A stretch of 64,000 nt of DNA, from positions 1,227,651-1,291,650 of the forward strand of contig CP198939.1 in the NCBI GenBank assembly GCA_052401645.1, written 5' to 3'. The notes beneath the pieces are model-generated. The model saw nothing but the letters and a program-made list of their open reading frames with translations. It was not told the DNA's origin and did no database searches. Below are positions 12,470 through 26,900 of the stretch, in pieces. Each line of letters opens with the position of its first letter. Positions within the stretch are counted from its first letter, which is position 1. Source of the DNA: Arsenophonus sp. Its GTDB lineage: Bacteria > Pseudomonadota > Gammaproteobacteria > Enterobacterales > Enterobacteriaceae. The position numbers and the translations under genes were made by a program.

Positions 12470-15400
12470 ATATATTATATTCAATAATATATTTCTTTTT
12501 TAGAAAATTATAATATTTAATTAACGCGAGAGGAATTATCTTATTTATTAGAAAATAATTTAATAATTTAAATAAAAATATTTAAATATAAATTTAATTA
12601 TATAATTTTAAAATCTATTTTTTCAAAATATTAAATAATAATATAACAATATATTTATTACATCAATTCATTCTTAATAAAAATTAAAAAAATAAAAATA
12701 ATAATATATAATATATAATGATAAAATTTTTAATCTCTTTATTTTAAAATAACTTATTAACGAGTCAAAATAATTTTATTTAAAACTATTTAATCAATAA
12801 ATTATTTATTTCAATATTGTTATTAATATTTTGTTTAATAATTTATTGATAATAAAAGTTATTTATGGGATATAATGATTTGATAATTATCAAAATGATT
12901 TATAATCATAAAATAAATTATGATTATAAATTAAATAAATTTATTTAGTTTTAAAAAAGTATTCTCATTATAATAAATTATCCTTATTTTTTAATAAATT
13001 TAAACGAATAAATTTAATTTAAAAATTCAGTTATTTAATTTAATTTACGTATTTATTTTTTTCTAAAAAATAAATATAATTCAAAATAAAATAATGAAAT
13101 TATTCAAAATTTCAATTTTTCTAAAATGTTAATCCTTATAAATAAACATACTATTTTATAAAAAAGTTGAATTTAAGCTAAAAGAGCTACAATATTCACA
13201 ATAAAAATTCTAAATAAATAAATTTTTTATCTTTAAAATGTTCGTTAATAAAACAGTATTTCATGTGAAATAATAAATAATAATGTTTATACTGCATAAA
13301 AATCTACATAACAATAAATTTTAATAATAAAATATAAATATTTATTATTATCTAAATAATTATATAATTAGTGTATATAATGAACTAGTTATTTATTTAT
13401 AATAAAAATAAATAGTTAAGATTAAAATAATACTCTTAGTACTTTAGTATAAATTTACATATAAAAAATAACAGATTAATAGTATATAACTCAATCTATT
13501 TTTCAAATAAATTAAAGAAAAATGATAACAAAACAAATAATAATTTTTATATTCTATAATTTCTAGATTAAAATATTATAATGAACTTTATATATTATTA
13601 GTTATTTTAATAAATATAGTTTTATTAGAGTAAAGATAACTCCTAGATAAGTTATTTTTATCTAAAGAAATAATAAATTATTATTATTTTTATATGTATT
13701 AATCATACAAATTAGTTTAATATATTAAATAGTTATTTATAGAACTAATTACTTTATAAATAATTAGCTTAGAAAAGAAATAAATAAAAAAAATATAATA
13801 GAATATGAAAAATTTAATTTTCATTATAAAACGATTAATTTTATAAATGAATCATTAATATATCTTTAAAGAAGATTAAGTAATAAAATTTAAAAAAAAT
13901 AATGTTGATAAATAGATAGATATAATTAAAATATATTTTTAGTAAAAGTTAAATACTAAAAATCAAGATAAAACAAAAATATATATAAGATAAAAAATTA
14001 ATTAATTAAAAAAATTTTACTACGAAATGTTTATTGTAAAAACATAAAAAATTAAAATATACAAATATCTAAAAGATAATATTATTTATATATAATACAC
14101 AACATGTTAGAAAATTTTTCTAATTATTATGTTAAGTATTATAAAAAAAATTTATACTATTTAATAGTATAAATAAGTATATCAAAATAACATGATTATA
14201 TTTTTCGATACATGATTTCTTTATAGAGACAATCGAGTAATTTATATTGATATTTTTATAAATCTAATCGTTTTAAATTTCTTTATACAACCATATAGTA
14301 TCGTATATAAATACGTAATAATAATCAACAATTATTGCTTAGTTATAATAAAGAATTTATGATTTTTAATAACTATTATTTAAATACCATTATATCTCGA
14401 ATTTTTTTTTATTAAATTAAAAATGAATTAATATTTGATATCTTACTATAGTGATAAAATTATTTATCAGATTTTATCTTATTTTTAATATTAATTAATA
14501 ATATATATTCCACTATAATATTTGATTATATTTATTATTTTTGATATAAATTAATATTTTCTAACATTAGAATCTTTGGATTAATAAACTTATTGCTTTC
14601 TCATATTATTCAAATCTTAAGATATTATAAAGTATGAATGAGTATTATTCTTGCTTTTTTAAAAAATAATTTCAATGCCTATTAATCATTCTTTTTATAT
14701 AAAAGAAATTATTTATTAAATTATTTAATTTTTAATATTATTACTTAATAATCAATATATTTCTAATTAAATATTTAAAAAAAATAATATAAATCATACT
14801 TATAAAACTTAATTTAATAATCTAAATAGTTAAAGTTTACTATTAATTATAAGTGATATATAATGTAAATTTTTTCAAGTCAAAATTTTTATATATCTTT
14901 AATATTTTATATTTTAAAAATCAATGTCTCTATTTCAAATAGTTAATTTATTCACTATGGCGAAATCGTGAATATTATTATAGGGCTATAAATTGAGAAA
15001 TTTGTATAATTTATATAAAAGACATTATATTTTTTTATTAACAAATTAATTATTGGATATTTTAGAAGTGAATTATCAATAAGAATTTATTTAAAAAAAA
15101 GTTTTAATATTATAAATAATTAATAATTAAATCATAATTATATGTTGTTCATTTTAGTTTTAGATTAAAATTTTAATATATAAGTTTATTTTAAAAAGAA
15201 AGTTTTACTTGAAAAAATAAGATAAAAATAATTTATATTAGTAGTAAAAACTTACTTCTAAATATATCTAGTACTTTTAAATACTATATAATAATTAAAT
15301 ACATGTTATTATGATCTTTTAAAATTAAAATAAACAGTTTGTTGAGTATTTAATTTTATATATAAAAATAAGAATTCAAGTAAATTGCTATTAATATTAA

Positions 15401-15671
15401 TACTGTCTTAAAATTACATAAATATTACGATTATAAAATTATATAATTAACGATACATCGATTATATAAACTTTAAGTTAGATTCTTGATTTAGTAAAAT
15501 AGCAATAAAATAAAAAATAAAGTTATAAGGAAAAACAAATAAATTATTTCAATATAATCTTTTATTATTAATAAAATCAAAATTACTTATAATTATTTAA
15601 TTATCAATATAAAATAATTTGAATTAAAATTAAAATTAATTAAAAACAGATTACTTAAAATTTTAACTTTA

Positions 15672-16925
15672 TTATGAATAAACGGGAAATTGCTGACAAA
15701 TTAATAATACTTTTCTCTTTATATTTTTGATTATATTTTTATCGTCAATCTTATCGAGAATATTACATATCCAATTAGCTAACTCAGCCGATTCTTTTTC
15801 CTTAAAACCGCGTCTAGTAATAGCTGGTGAACCTATACGGATACCTGAAGTAATAAATGGACCATTAGGATCATTTGGTATAGTATTTTTATTTACGGTA
15901 ATATTAGCATCACATAAGGCAGCATCTGCTTCTTTACCTGTAATTCCTTTATTTATTAAATCTATTAAAAATAAATGATTCTCAGTTCCACTAGAAACAA
16001 TCTTATAACCACGATTGATAAAAACTTCAACCATAATTTTAGCATTTTTAACTACTTGTTGTTGATAAATTTTAAATTCAGATGTCATAGCTTCTTTAAA
16101 AGCAATTGCTTTACCGGCAATAACATGCATTAAAGGACCACCCTGAACACCAGGAAATACAGCAGAATTTAATTTTTTATAAAACTCATCATTACCACCT
16201 TTAGCTAAGATTAAACCACCACGCGGTCCAGCTAAAGTCTTATGTGTGGTAGTTGTTACAACATGAGCATGAGGAACTGGATTAGGATAAATACCAGCAG
16301 TGATCAAACCAGCCACATGTGCCATATCAACAAATAAATAAGCATTTACACTATCTGCAATTTGACGTATTTTAACCCAATCAACTACTCCTGAATAAGC
16401 GGAAAAACCACCAATAATCATTTTAGGTTTATATTTTTGTGCTTGAATACCCATATGAACATAATCAATTTTACCATTTTTGTCGATGCCATAAGGAATA
16501 ATATTATAAAATATACCAGAAAAATTTACAGGTGATCCATGAGTTAAATGTCCACCATGTGTTAAATTCATTCCTAATATAGTATCTCCTGGTTTCAATA
16601 AGGCCATATAAACAGCAGTATTAGCTTGTGAACCAGAATGTGGTTGAACATTAGCAAAATCTGCATCAAATAATATTTTTGCTCGATTAATAGCAAGCTG
16701 CTCGATGATATCAATATATTCACAACCACCATAATATCGTTTACCAGGATAACCTTCAGCGTATTTATTAGTAAGTTGAGAACCCTGTGCCTGCATGACT
16801 CTTGGACTAGTGTAATTTTCTGAAGCAATTAATTCAATATGCTCTTCTTGACGCTTGACTTCGTTTTTCATAGCTTGCCATAGTTCTTTATCGTAATCTG
16901 CAAGATTTATTTTACATTTTAGCAT
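15672..16925 (-). CDS. glyA: serine hydroxymethyltransferase
   Basis: 417 aa, the same length as E. coli GlyA. Contains [42 protein letters not shown] and the PLP-lysine motif [20 protein letters not shown] Shine-Dalgarno sits just upstream of the ATG (ttaGGAGaaaatagATG on the gene strand). Confidence 0.97.
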   Translation of the reverse strand: MLKCKINLADYDKELWQAMKNEVKRQEEHIELIASENYTSPRVMQAQGSQLTNKYAEGYPGKRYYGGCEYIDIIEQLAINRAKILFDADFANVQPHSGSQANTAVYMALLKPGDTILGMNLTHGGHLTHGSPVNFSGIFYNIIPYGIDKNGKIDYVHMGIQAQKYKPKMIIGGFSAYSGVVDWVKIRQIADSVNAYLFVDMAHVAGLITAGIYPNPVPHAHVVTTTTHKTLAGPRGGLILAKGGNDEFYKKLNSAVFPGVQGGPLMHVIAGKAIAFKEAMTSEFKIYQQQVVKNAKIMVEVFINRGYKIVSSGTENHLFLIDLINKGITGKEADAALCDANITVNKNTIPNDPNGPFITSGIRIGSPAITRRGFKEKESAELANWICNILDKIDDKNIIKNIKRKVLLICQQFPVYS

Positions 16926-17185
16926 CTATTTTCTCCTAATCCAATTATATTTTAAATATCGATTTAATTAAAGTAATTATAATATAAATTAATTATTTAC
17001 GTAACTTAAATAATTAATGATAAAAATTATTACAATGAATTACTATATCAATAATAATAAAATATTTATCAACAAATATTTTATAAATAATTAAAATATG
17101 CCAATTCAATTTTCTTTTATAATTAATAGTTTAATTTTAAAATTTAAAATAGTTATACTTAATACTTAAGATAACTTTAAAACTA

Positions 17186-17217
17186 ATTTATATGAATTTC
17201 AAGAAATTCATATAAAT
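17186..17217. repeat. perfect 15-bp inverted repeat with a 2-nt centre
   Basis: atttatatgaatttc-aa-gaaattcatataaat, checked base by base. Confidence 0.9.
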
Positions 17218-18471
17218 GATATTAAAATTATTATTTTTATTAAAAAACTATTTTTATCATTATCTCTTTTCTTAATATAAATTAATAAATTATATATTTA
17301 TTGATATATATCTATAACTTTAAATTAAAATATATACTTTATATAATATATTGAATTAGATAATAAATTAAATAAAAACTTTATTAATACTATTTAGTTT
17401 GTGAAGTTATTATTTATAATATATCTTATAGAATCTTTAATTACGTTTTATTTTAAAATTAAAATATACTATTCTAAATATACAATTTTCAAATTATTTT
17501 ATTTTTTATAAAAACTTTTATATACTATTTATAACAATATATTAATATAAAAAAATATTTATAATAATAAAAAATTCACATTTTAATATATTTATTATGG
17601 ATATAGTAAAAAATAGTTGAATTCAATTAAGATTGATATTTAATTATTTCATATAAAATATAAAAATTAATTAATAAATTTAATAATATTTATTAAATAA
17701 TTATTATAGTTCTAATATAAATATATTTTATAAAATATTAAGGAATTTTAGTTTATTAAACTATCTTTATAATTATATAAAAAGTAAAATTTAGGATTAT
17801 AACAAATAACACATATTTTATATAAGTTAATAATATAGTTTTCATAAATTAATAATAATAATTTTAAATACTATTGACTTAAGTATAATAAGCATATTAT
17901 TTTATGCCATAAATAACATAAATAATTTTTATTGAATTAACTATACGAAATAAATTTGAATGAACACCAACTTTTAATAAATTAATTAACTTAATTTATT
18001 ATATATATTAATTCTTTTTATATAATAAATAATCAATCAATAAAATTAACTTAAAAAGTATTATAAAGATCAATATTTAATAAATTTATAAAAATTAAAT
18101 AACAACTTTTATTTTAATTGTTTATTTTTTAAATCAATATCGAATAATTTTCTTCATAAAAAAGAAAAAGTTTAACGTTATCATACTACATTTTTATTTA
18201 TGGAATAGTTTATTAATTATATTAGTAATAACTATGAATATTATTTCAGTAAAAAATAACTATTATTTTTAAATTAATATAAAATTAACTATATGCTTTT
18301 CATAATAATAAAGTTCTATATAATCTCATTCATTTTATCATAAGAAACTTTTTTATTTAAGTTAACTATTATTATTTAAGTTATATTAATAATTAATAAA
18401 AATTATTTTTAGATAAAATAATTTAAAATATTTTGATAATTGTAATATTGTTATAAAAATATTTTATTTTT

Positions 18472-20094
18472 TTACCAATTTTTATAACCAAAACCTGAAG
18501 TGATTGGATAACGCCTATCCTTATTAAAATTTCTAATTGTAACGCTTGGTCCTATAGGAGCTTGGCGTCTCTTATATTCATTGGTGTCAACTAATTTAAT
18601 TATTTTACGTACTGTTAATTCATCAAATCCGAGTGAAACTAATTCACTAACAGATTTATCCAATTCAACATAACCTTCAAGAATCGCATCCAATATAGAA
18701 TAAGGTGGTAAGTTATCTTGGTCAAGTTGTCCAGGTGATAACTCAGCAGAAGGTGAACGTTCAATAACTTGTCGGTGGATGCTTGGTGAAATTGTATTGC
18801 GATATTTTGCTAACTCAAATACTAATGTCTTTGGAATATCTTTAAGTACAGCAAAACCACCAGCCATATCACCACAAAGACTAGTATAACCTACAGCAGA
18901 CTCACTTTTATTACTAGTTGTTAATACTAATCGACCACTCTTATTTGATATTGACAATAAAATAATAGCTCGACAACGTGCCTGTAAATTTTCTTCAGTT
19001 ATATCGTGCGACATATTTGGGAATAGCGGTGTTAAACTGGTTATAAATGTATCATACATAGATGTAATAGGTATAATTGAAAACTCAATATCTAATAATT
19101 TTGCTTGTTTTTTAGCATAAAAAATACTTAGCTCAGACGTATATTTAAACGGCATCATTATTGCTTGAACGTTATTTTTTCCTAAAGCATCAACTGCAAT
19201 AATTAATGTTAAAGCTGAGTCAATTCCACCAGATAATCCTAAAATAACGCCAGAAAATTTATTTTTATTAATATAATCACGAGTTGCCATAACTAATGCT
19301 TCATAAATTTGACCAATAGATGATAAAGTTTTTGTTAAATTAGATATAGGTAATGGGTTACAACCATTAAATTTACACTGAATAATTTGTTCAGAAAACT
19401 GAGCTAAACAATGTGTTATTTCACCTTGACTATTAAATACTTTTGATCCACCATCAAATATAAGCTCATCCTGTCCACCAACTTGATTTAAATAAATTAT
19501 AGGTAAATTAGTTCTTTTAGATTGAGATTTTAGTAATTCTGAACGAATATGAGATTTATTGCGATTATAAGGTGAAGCATTGATAACAATTAAGATATCA
19601 GCGCCTTTATTTTTGATCTCATCAATAGGTTTATTAAACCAAATATCTTCGCAAATCAAAAAACCTAACTTATAATTCTTAAAAGAAATTACAGAGGTTT
19701 TTTTACCAGAATGAAAATAACGTTTTTCATCAAAAACACCATAATTAGCTAATTTTTGTTTAAAATATCGTGTTATTATCCGACCATGCCAGAAAAATGA
19801 CAATGCATTATAATACTTTTTATATTGTTTCCATGGATGACCAGTAACAATAGCTATATTTTGACTAGCATTTCTAAGTCGATCAAGCTGTTTGTTACAT
19901 CGTTGGTAAAAATCTGACCTAAAAAGTAAATCTTCAGGCGGATATCCACTTAAAGCTAGTTCTGAAAATAAAATAATATCTGCACCACTTAACTGTTGAA
20001 CTTTAGCTTCATGCAACATTCGTTCACAATTAACTTCAATATCACCTACAATCCAATTTAATTGCGATAAAGCAATATTTAACATTCGATTCAT
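18472..20094 (-). CDS. nadE: glutamine-dependent NAD+ synthetase (CN-hydrolase domain plus NAD synthetase domain)
   Basis: A 540-aa two-domain protein. The N-terminal nitrilase-like domain has FSELALSGYPPEDL and LGFLICEDIW. The C-terminal domain has the ATP-PPase P-loop LGLSGGIDSAL. This is the long glutamine-hydrolysing type, not the ~275-aa E. coli NH3-dependent NadE. The start could instead be Met4. Confidence 0.9.
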   Translation of the reverse strand: MNRMLNIALSQLNWIVGDIEVNCERMLHEAKVQQLSGADIILFSELALSGYPPEDLLFRSDFYQRCNKQLDRLRNASQNIAIVTGHPWKQYKKYYNALSFFWHGRIITRYFKQKLANYGVFDEKRYFHSGKKTSVISFKNYKLGFLICEDIWFNKPIDEIKNKGADILIVINASPYNRNKSHIRSELLKSQSKRTNLPIIYLNQVGGQDELIFDGGSKVFNSQGEITHCLAQFSEQIIQCKFNGCNPLPISNLTKTLSSIGQIYEALVMATRDYINKNKFSGVILGLSGGIDSALTLIIAVDALGKNNVQAIMMPFKYTSELSIFYAKKQAKLLDIEFSIIPITSMYDTFITSLTPLFPNMSHDITEENLQARCRAIILLSISNKSGRLVLTTSNKSESAVGYTSLCGDMAGGFAVLKDIPKTLVFELAKYRNTISPSIHRQVIERSPSAELSPGQLDQDNLPPYSILDAILEGYVELDKSVSELVSLGFDELTVRKIIKLVDTNEYKRRQAPIGPSVTIRNFNKDRRYPITSGFGYKNW

Positions 20095-21836
20095 AAAATT
20101 TTAGCCTCAAAGCTAATCAAATAATTATTTAAAATCATTTGTATTCAATTTATAGAATTTGAAAAATAATTTATAAATATCAATTAAGTTTTATTAAACT
20201 GAATATAAGTGATATGTTATTTAATATTTATTTTATAATTTTTAAAGTTTATATAGAAGTCTATATTTATTGCAAAATTTAACAAAAAAAATATGATTAT
20301 TTTTTCTTTAATTACTTAAGTAATTAATGTTTTAATAAAAACTATCAAATTATTATTATACATTGAATATGCTAATTAAATAGCATCAACTAATTGCTTA
20401 ATATCAATAACCATTCCAACTTTTTATAATTAAATCTTTTTTGTATATTTAGATATACTTTGCATAAAATTTTTTTATGATTTATTATTATATTTTTTTA
20501 AATAAATTTATTAGTAAAGTACTATTTTTTGGAAACTCATTAATGATAAAAATTTTTTCATCATATTTAAATTAAATAAAAAATTATTGGAATTTTTATC
20601 GATTATAATTTATAAATCAGAATGAATTATTAAAATAATTTAGAAATTAATATTTTAATTAAAAAATTATTCTATAAAAACTTACTTTATATTCTCATAA
20701 AATAAGTAATAGTCATTATTTAATTTTAACAAAGATACTATATATAATTAATTTCATAAAAATAATATTTCATATTAACCTTATTCAATAAAAAATCTTA
20801 ACTATGAATAACTATATTATTAAAAAATTTTTTATCTCAATTATAATTTTAAATTATAAAACTTTTTTTAGATATATTCTCCTGAATTAATTGCAATAAA
20901 TTAGTTTTTTAAATTATTATAAATAATAATAAATTATTAATTTTTAGTGATTTATTATTAACGTTAATTCATTTTTTATTAAAATATTAAGATCACAAAT
21001 TAAGATTAGGATATCATATTACACTTTTTCTAAAGAAAATCTTTATTTTCTATAATATAATCTCTTTTACTAAAATTTAGTTAAAAACTAAATTTTAGAT
21101 AATTTAAAACTGCAATAAACTATTTTATAAAAAATAATAATAAATTAAATTAATCAAAAACTCTATACTAATATTTATATTGTTATTAAATCATCCTACT
21201 AAATCAAAAATTAAGTTATGCTATAATAAAGTAATAATTTTATATAACTGACATTGCATATTTTTTGATAAAAAAGTAAAATATTGATTTTATAAATAGA
21301 ATATTTATAAATAAATTAATTTTATATTTTTATAAATATTAAAATAGATATATTATTTTAAATAATTAATTTAAATCATTAAGTATCATTAACTTAAGTA
21401 TATAGAAATAATTTCAGAATTGAACTTAAAGTAGTATTATATAGAAAAATATGTGATTTTACTTTATTTATAGATTATTATTTGGATAATTTTTATATTT
21501 TATATCTTTGAAAAAGATGATTTAATTATATTTACAATTTTTCTCAATAAGTATTCAAAAGTAGTTCATAATACTTTATATACTCTACATTAAAAAACAT
21601 GTTACTATAGATATAAAAAATATTATTTAATATCTTCTAAATATATCTAATTTAATTTAAATAATATTTAATTAATATGTTAGATGAATGTTTAAGATAA
21701 ACTATCTATTTTTTATCAATTCATTATTTTAAGAATAATATTCAAATATTTATTTACTGAATGTTAATTACTTCGAATTACAATATTTATAAGTATTAGC
21801 ATAACTAACTAATACAAATAAAATAATGAATAACTA

Positions 21837-21873
21837 AATTACAAATGTTTAAATAATTTAAACATTTGTAATT
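21837..21873. repeat. perfect 37-nt palindrome (18-bp arms around a central A)
   Basis: aattacaaatgtttaaat-a-atttaaacatttgtaatt. Every pair from 21837/21873 inward was checked. Confidence 0.95.
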
Positions 21874-22988
21874 GATAAACAATTATAACTCTATAATATC
21901 AAGTAAAATATTACTATATAAATATTTTAAGAATCAATTAACTAAATAATTTATTCATCAAATATATATTTTTATTTAATTAATAATATTATGGAATACT
22001 ATTCCATTTTCAACTAGTAAGTAGATTATATAACATATTATAATTTTATATAAAATCCATATTTTATAATTTATAAAAAAATAACTAATTATATCTTATT
22101 TAATTATAATAAATTTATTTATGATATTAATCATAATTATAGTCATTTTTATTATAAGTTAATAATGAAAAAATAATAAAATATTGTTAATTTTATTTTC
22201 TATTTAGTAAAAATGTTTCATATAAAATATCTTATTAGATGCAATCTAATTATTTTCCATTCTATTTAAAGATAGAAAAGAGTTATATAATTAAGATAAT
22301 TTTTATATTATTTATTAATTTCTTATTAATAATCCTGTTTTAATACGAAATAAACATAAGAAAATATAGAATCAATAAATGATAATTGACTATGTATTTT
22401 TATTAAAAGGATCTATATAATAATATTTTACTTAATTATAATAAACTATCTTTTATTACATAATTTATATAATAAAAAGATCCATAAAAAATTCATAAAT
22501 TATATTTTATTCATATTTTGCTATAGATATATTAATAGTTAATTTATTAATGATATTTATCGATATAAATATATAGTTTTTAATTAACTTTATTATTTAT
22601 TACAAAATCCATATTGTTTAATTTAGATCTTTATTATAATAAGATTTGATATATAAATTATTAATAATTTTCTATAAAAAAATTTTAAGTAAATTATAAC
22701 AGTATTTAGATTAATTTTAGTTTATTTTTTTTAACTTCATAAATTAATCAATTTAATTATTTTTCTAGAAAACAAGATTTAATGTAATTTTATTGAATTA
22801 ATTTATTAAATTTATATTATATAATTAAATAATTAATTATTGAAATAAAAAATTTATTTAATGAGTTATTCTAAATATTTACTACTTTTATAAAGTAAAA
22901 AATAATTTTATTTCTTTATAGATTTAAAGATAAAATTATGCTTTAGCATTTTAATTAACATTAACTATTTCTCACTTATATTTTAATA

Positions 22989-23024
22989 AAATTTCATATT
23001 TTATAAAAATAAAATATGAAATTT
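22989..23024. repeat. perfect 16-bp stem with a 4-nt loop
   Basis: aaatttcatattttat-aaaa-ataaaatatgaaattt, checked base by base. Confidence 0.95.
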
Positions 23025-23995
23025 ATAATTCTTTGATTAGAAATAATTTAAATGTCTTTAATTACTTAACAAAATAATATATTTTAAATCGAAAAACACA
23101 GATAAAATATATTGTTAAAATATTAAGTTTTAAACTTTTCTATAAAACTATACTTTTGAAATTTTATATAAAAAATAAGTATTATAAGTTTGCTGATGCC
23201 ATCTAAGAGATTTATCAATACCAATAAACTATATTTAATTTTTATATTAATACTTAACTAAAGAATTATAGAAATTTTCTAAAATATTAAAATAAGTAGA
23301 TATGTATATATATTAATATAATCTTAATATGAATAATTTAAAGTTTTAATAAATCTCGTTCCACAAGCACTATAAATATCTTTTTGATCTTTAATAAGAT
23401 TATTAAATAAATAATATAATTATTATGAATTGAAAAAATATTTCACTTTTATTTTTTATTACTTATCTTATAAAAAAATATTAATTTGCATCAAGTTATA
23501 TATAAAAAGTTAAATTAGAGATTATTTAAATATAATAAGTATTTATATATCTTTTATGTATAAAAAATACTCACTAATTTAGTGAAATTTAATAAAAATG
23601 AATTTTAAAATCTTTAAATATTATTATAAAATTTAATATTACTATTTTATCAAGAAAATCACTATTAACGATATCGTATTGAACGAATTCACTATCATCA
23701 GTATTAACAAAAAATAAAATAATTAAATTTCTTTAGAAAAAGAGAAATTATTTTTAATCATTTTGATAGTTAAATGGTAATAATTAAAATTTAATAGGTA
23801 ATTAAAATAATTATTAAATAATTTTAATGAAATTAGTATTAAATTTAAATTAAAATTAACCTTATTAAAATTAATTTCATTTATTTTTAAAAGAAATGAT
23901 TAAAGTTATATATTTTATACATCTTTATTACTTTCAGATTACTAATTATTTTTTTATTATTTTACTTATTTATAAAAGATATATTTATATTAATT

Positions 23996-26900
23996 TTAAA
24001 TAAATTGAAGACGAGCATTACGGAAAATACGCATCCACGGACTATATTCTCCCCATTCTGACGGATGCCATGAGTGGTTGATTGTACGAAATACTCGCTC
24101 AGGATGTGGCATCATAATAGTTATCCGTCCATCTAAGTTAGTTACTGCAGTAATTCCATTAACTGATCCATTTGGATTTGCTGGATACTGTTGAGTAACA
24201 CGACCGTAATTATCAACAAAACGCAATACTACTAAATTATTTTTTTCCAATAAATCAAGATCTCGAATACTTGGTACATGAACTTGCCCCTCTCCATGAG
24301 AAACTACTATTGGCAACTGAGATCCACTCATATCTTTTAAAAATAATGAAGGGCTATTCATTATTTTTACTAAACTAAATCTTGCTTCAAAGCATTCTGA
24401 ACGATTGCGTATAAATTGAGGCCAATATTCAGTACCTGGAATTAATTGTTTTAAATTTGACATCATCTGGCATCCATTACATATGCCTAAAGATAAAGTA
24501 TTAGAGCAAGCAAAAAAACTAGCAAATTCATCATGTAATCGTGAATTAAATAAAATTGATTTTGCCCAACCTTCTCCGGCACCAAATACATCACCATATG
24601 AAAAACCTCCGCAGGCAACTAATACCTGAAAATCAGCTAATATTATTCTACCGGTTAATAAATCACTCATGTGTACATCTATAGCATTAAATCCTGCTTG
24701 ATGAAATGCAGCTGCCATTTCAATATGAGAATTAACTCCTTGCTCACGTAAAATAGCTACTTTTGGTGATGAATTATTAGTTATAATATACGACGCAACA
24801 ATATTATCTTCAGGATCAAAGTTTAACTTTACATTTAATCCAGGATCATTAATGTCTTGTTTAGCTAAATGTTCTTGATCAGCACACTCTGAATTATCAC
24901 GCAAACGTTGAATTTTCCAGGTAGTCTCAGCCCACCATAAACGCAATTGACTACGTTTTTCCCGATAAATTTCCGTACCATTATTATTAATAATAATAGC
25001 ATCTTCTTTAATTGCCATACCAATATATAGTACGCAATCAGTTAATCCATGTTTATCTAAGCAAGCTTCTACCGTTTTTTTATCTTTTTTCTTAACTTGA
25101 ATGACTGCACCTAATTCTTCATTAAATAATGCAGCAAAAATATCTGTATCATAATTACTTATGTCAATATTTAAACCACAATGACCAGCAAATGCCATTT
25201 CTGCTAATGTAACAAACAGACCGCCATCTGAGCGATCATGATAAGCTAATAATTTTTGTTCTTTTATAAGTGTTTGAATGGCATAAAAAAAACCACTTAA
25301 TACTTTAACATTACGTATATCAGGTGTAAGATCACCTAATTGTCGATATACTTGTGCTAAGGCTGAACCACCAAGAGCATTATTTTTTTGGCCAATATCA
25401 ATTAATAATAACATATTATCCTGATTACATTTTAGCTCAGGCGTAACAGTCAAACGAACATCTTCAACGCGTGAAAAAGCTGTAATAATAATAGAAAGCG
25501 GGGAAGTCATCTCATAAATTTGTTCGCCTTTATTCCATGTAACCTTCATTGACATAGAATCTTTACCAACTGGTATGGTTAAACCTAATTCTGGACATAA
25601 TTCTTCACCAATAGCTTTCACTGCTTGATATAAACCTACGTCTTCACCAGGATGTCCAGATGCAACCATCCAATTAGCTGAAAGCTTCACTCGTTTTAAG
25701 TCTTTAACATAAGCAGGAGCAATATTAGTTAATGCTTCTCCAACTGCCATCCTACTAGATGCTGCATGATTTAATAACGCTATTGGTGATCGTTCGCCGA
25801 GTGACATAGCTTCACCATAATAACTTTCTAAACTAGCTGTTGTGATGGCACAATCAGAAACTGGGATTTGCCAAGGACTAACCATCTGATCTCTTGCTAC
25901 CATTCCAGTAATACTACGATCAGCAATGGTAATAAGAAAAGTTTTTTCTGCTACTACCGGTAAATGCAATATTCGTTTGATTGCTTCTTTTAAAGTTATC
26001 ATCTCTCGATTAATTGGTTTTCCAACAGCAAATTTAGAAGTAACATTACGTATCATTTTTGGTACTTTACTAAATAAAATATCAATTGGCATACAAATAG
26101 GCTGATTATTAAAATAACTATCATTAAGAATGATATCCTTATTTTCTGTAGTTTCACCAATAATGGAATATGGAGCACGCTCTCGATGACAAATTGATTT
26201 AAATAACGAAAGATGTTTAGATAAAATAGCTAACACATAACGTTCTTGAGATTCATTACACCAAATTTCACGAGGATTCATACTTAATTTATCACTTAAT
26301 ATTTGACGTAATTCAAGTAAAGCGCCTCGACCAACAGTATTAACTAATTCCGGTATGGCATTAGAGAGTCCACCAGCACCAACATCATGAATAAATAGAA
26401 TCGGGTTATCATTACCTAACTGCCAACATTGATCAATAACTTCTTGACAACGACGTTCCATTTCAGGATTATCGCGTTGCACAGAAGAAAAATCAAGATC
26501 AATATCAGAGTTACATGAAATAGTCGATGAAGCTATCCCTCCTCCTAATCCAATATTCATAGATGGTCCACCTAATATAATTAGTTTAGCGCCAATTGGA
26601 ATATTCTTCTTTTTAATATGTTCTGTTCGGATATTACCAATACCTCCACTTAACATAATTGGTTTATAATATCCACGTAATTCAACTCCATTATGACTAC
26701 ACACTTGTTCTTCATAAGTACGAAAATAGCCTAATAAAGTTGCTCGTCCAAATTCATTATTAAATGTAGCTCCACCCAATGGCCCATCAAGTATTATATC
26801 TAGTGCACTAGCAATATTATTAAGTTTAGCAAATTTTTTCTCCCATGGTTGTTTAAATCCTGGAATACATAAATTAGAGACTGCAAATCCAATTAATGCT

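Noticed and set aside
15727-16828. 83-aa (+, 15727-15978) and 77-aa (-, 16595-16828) ORFs
   Set aside because: Both are embedded in glyA, one antisense and one in an alternative frame. glyA is full length and highly conserved, so these are frame artefacts.
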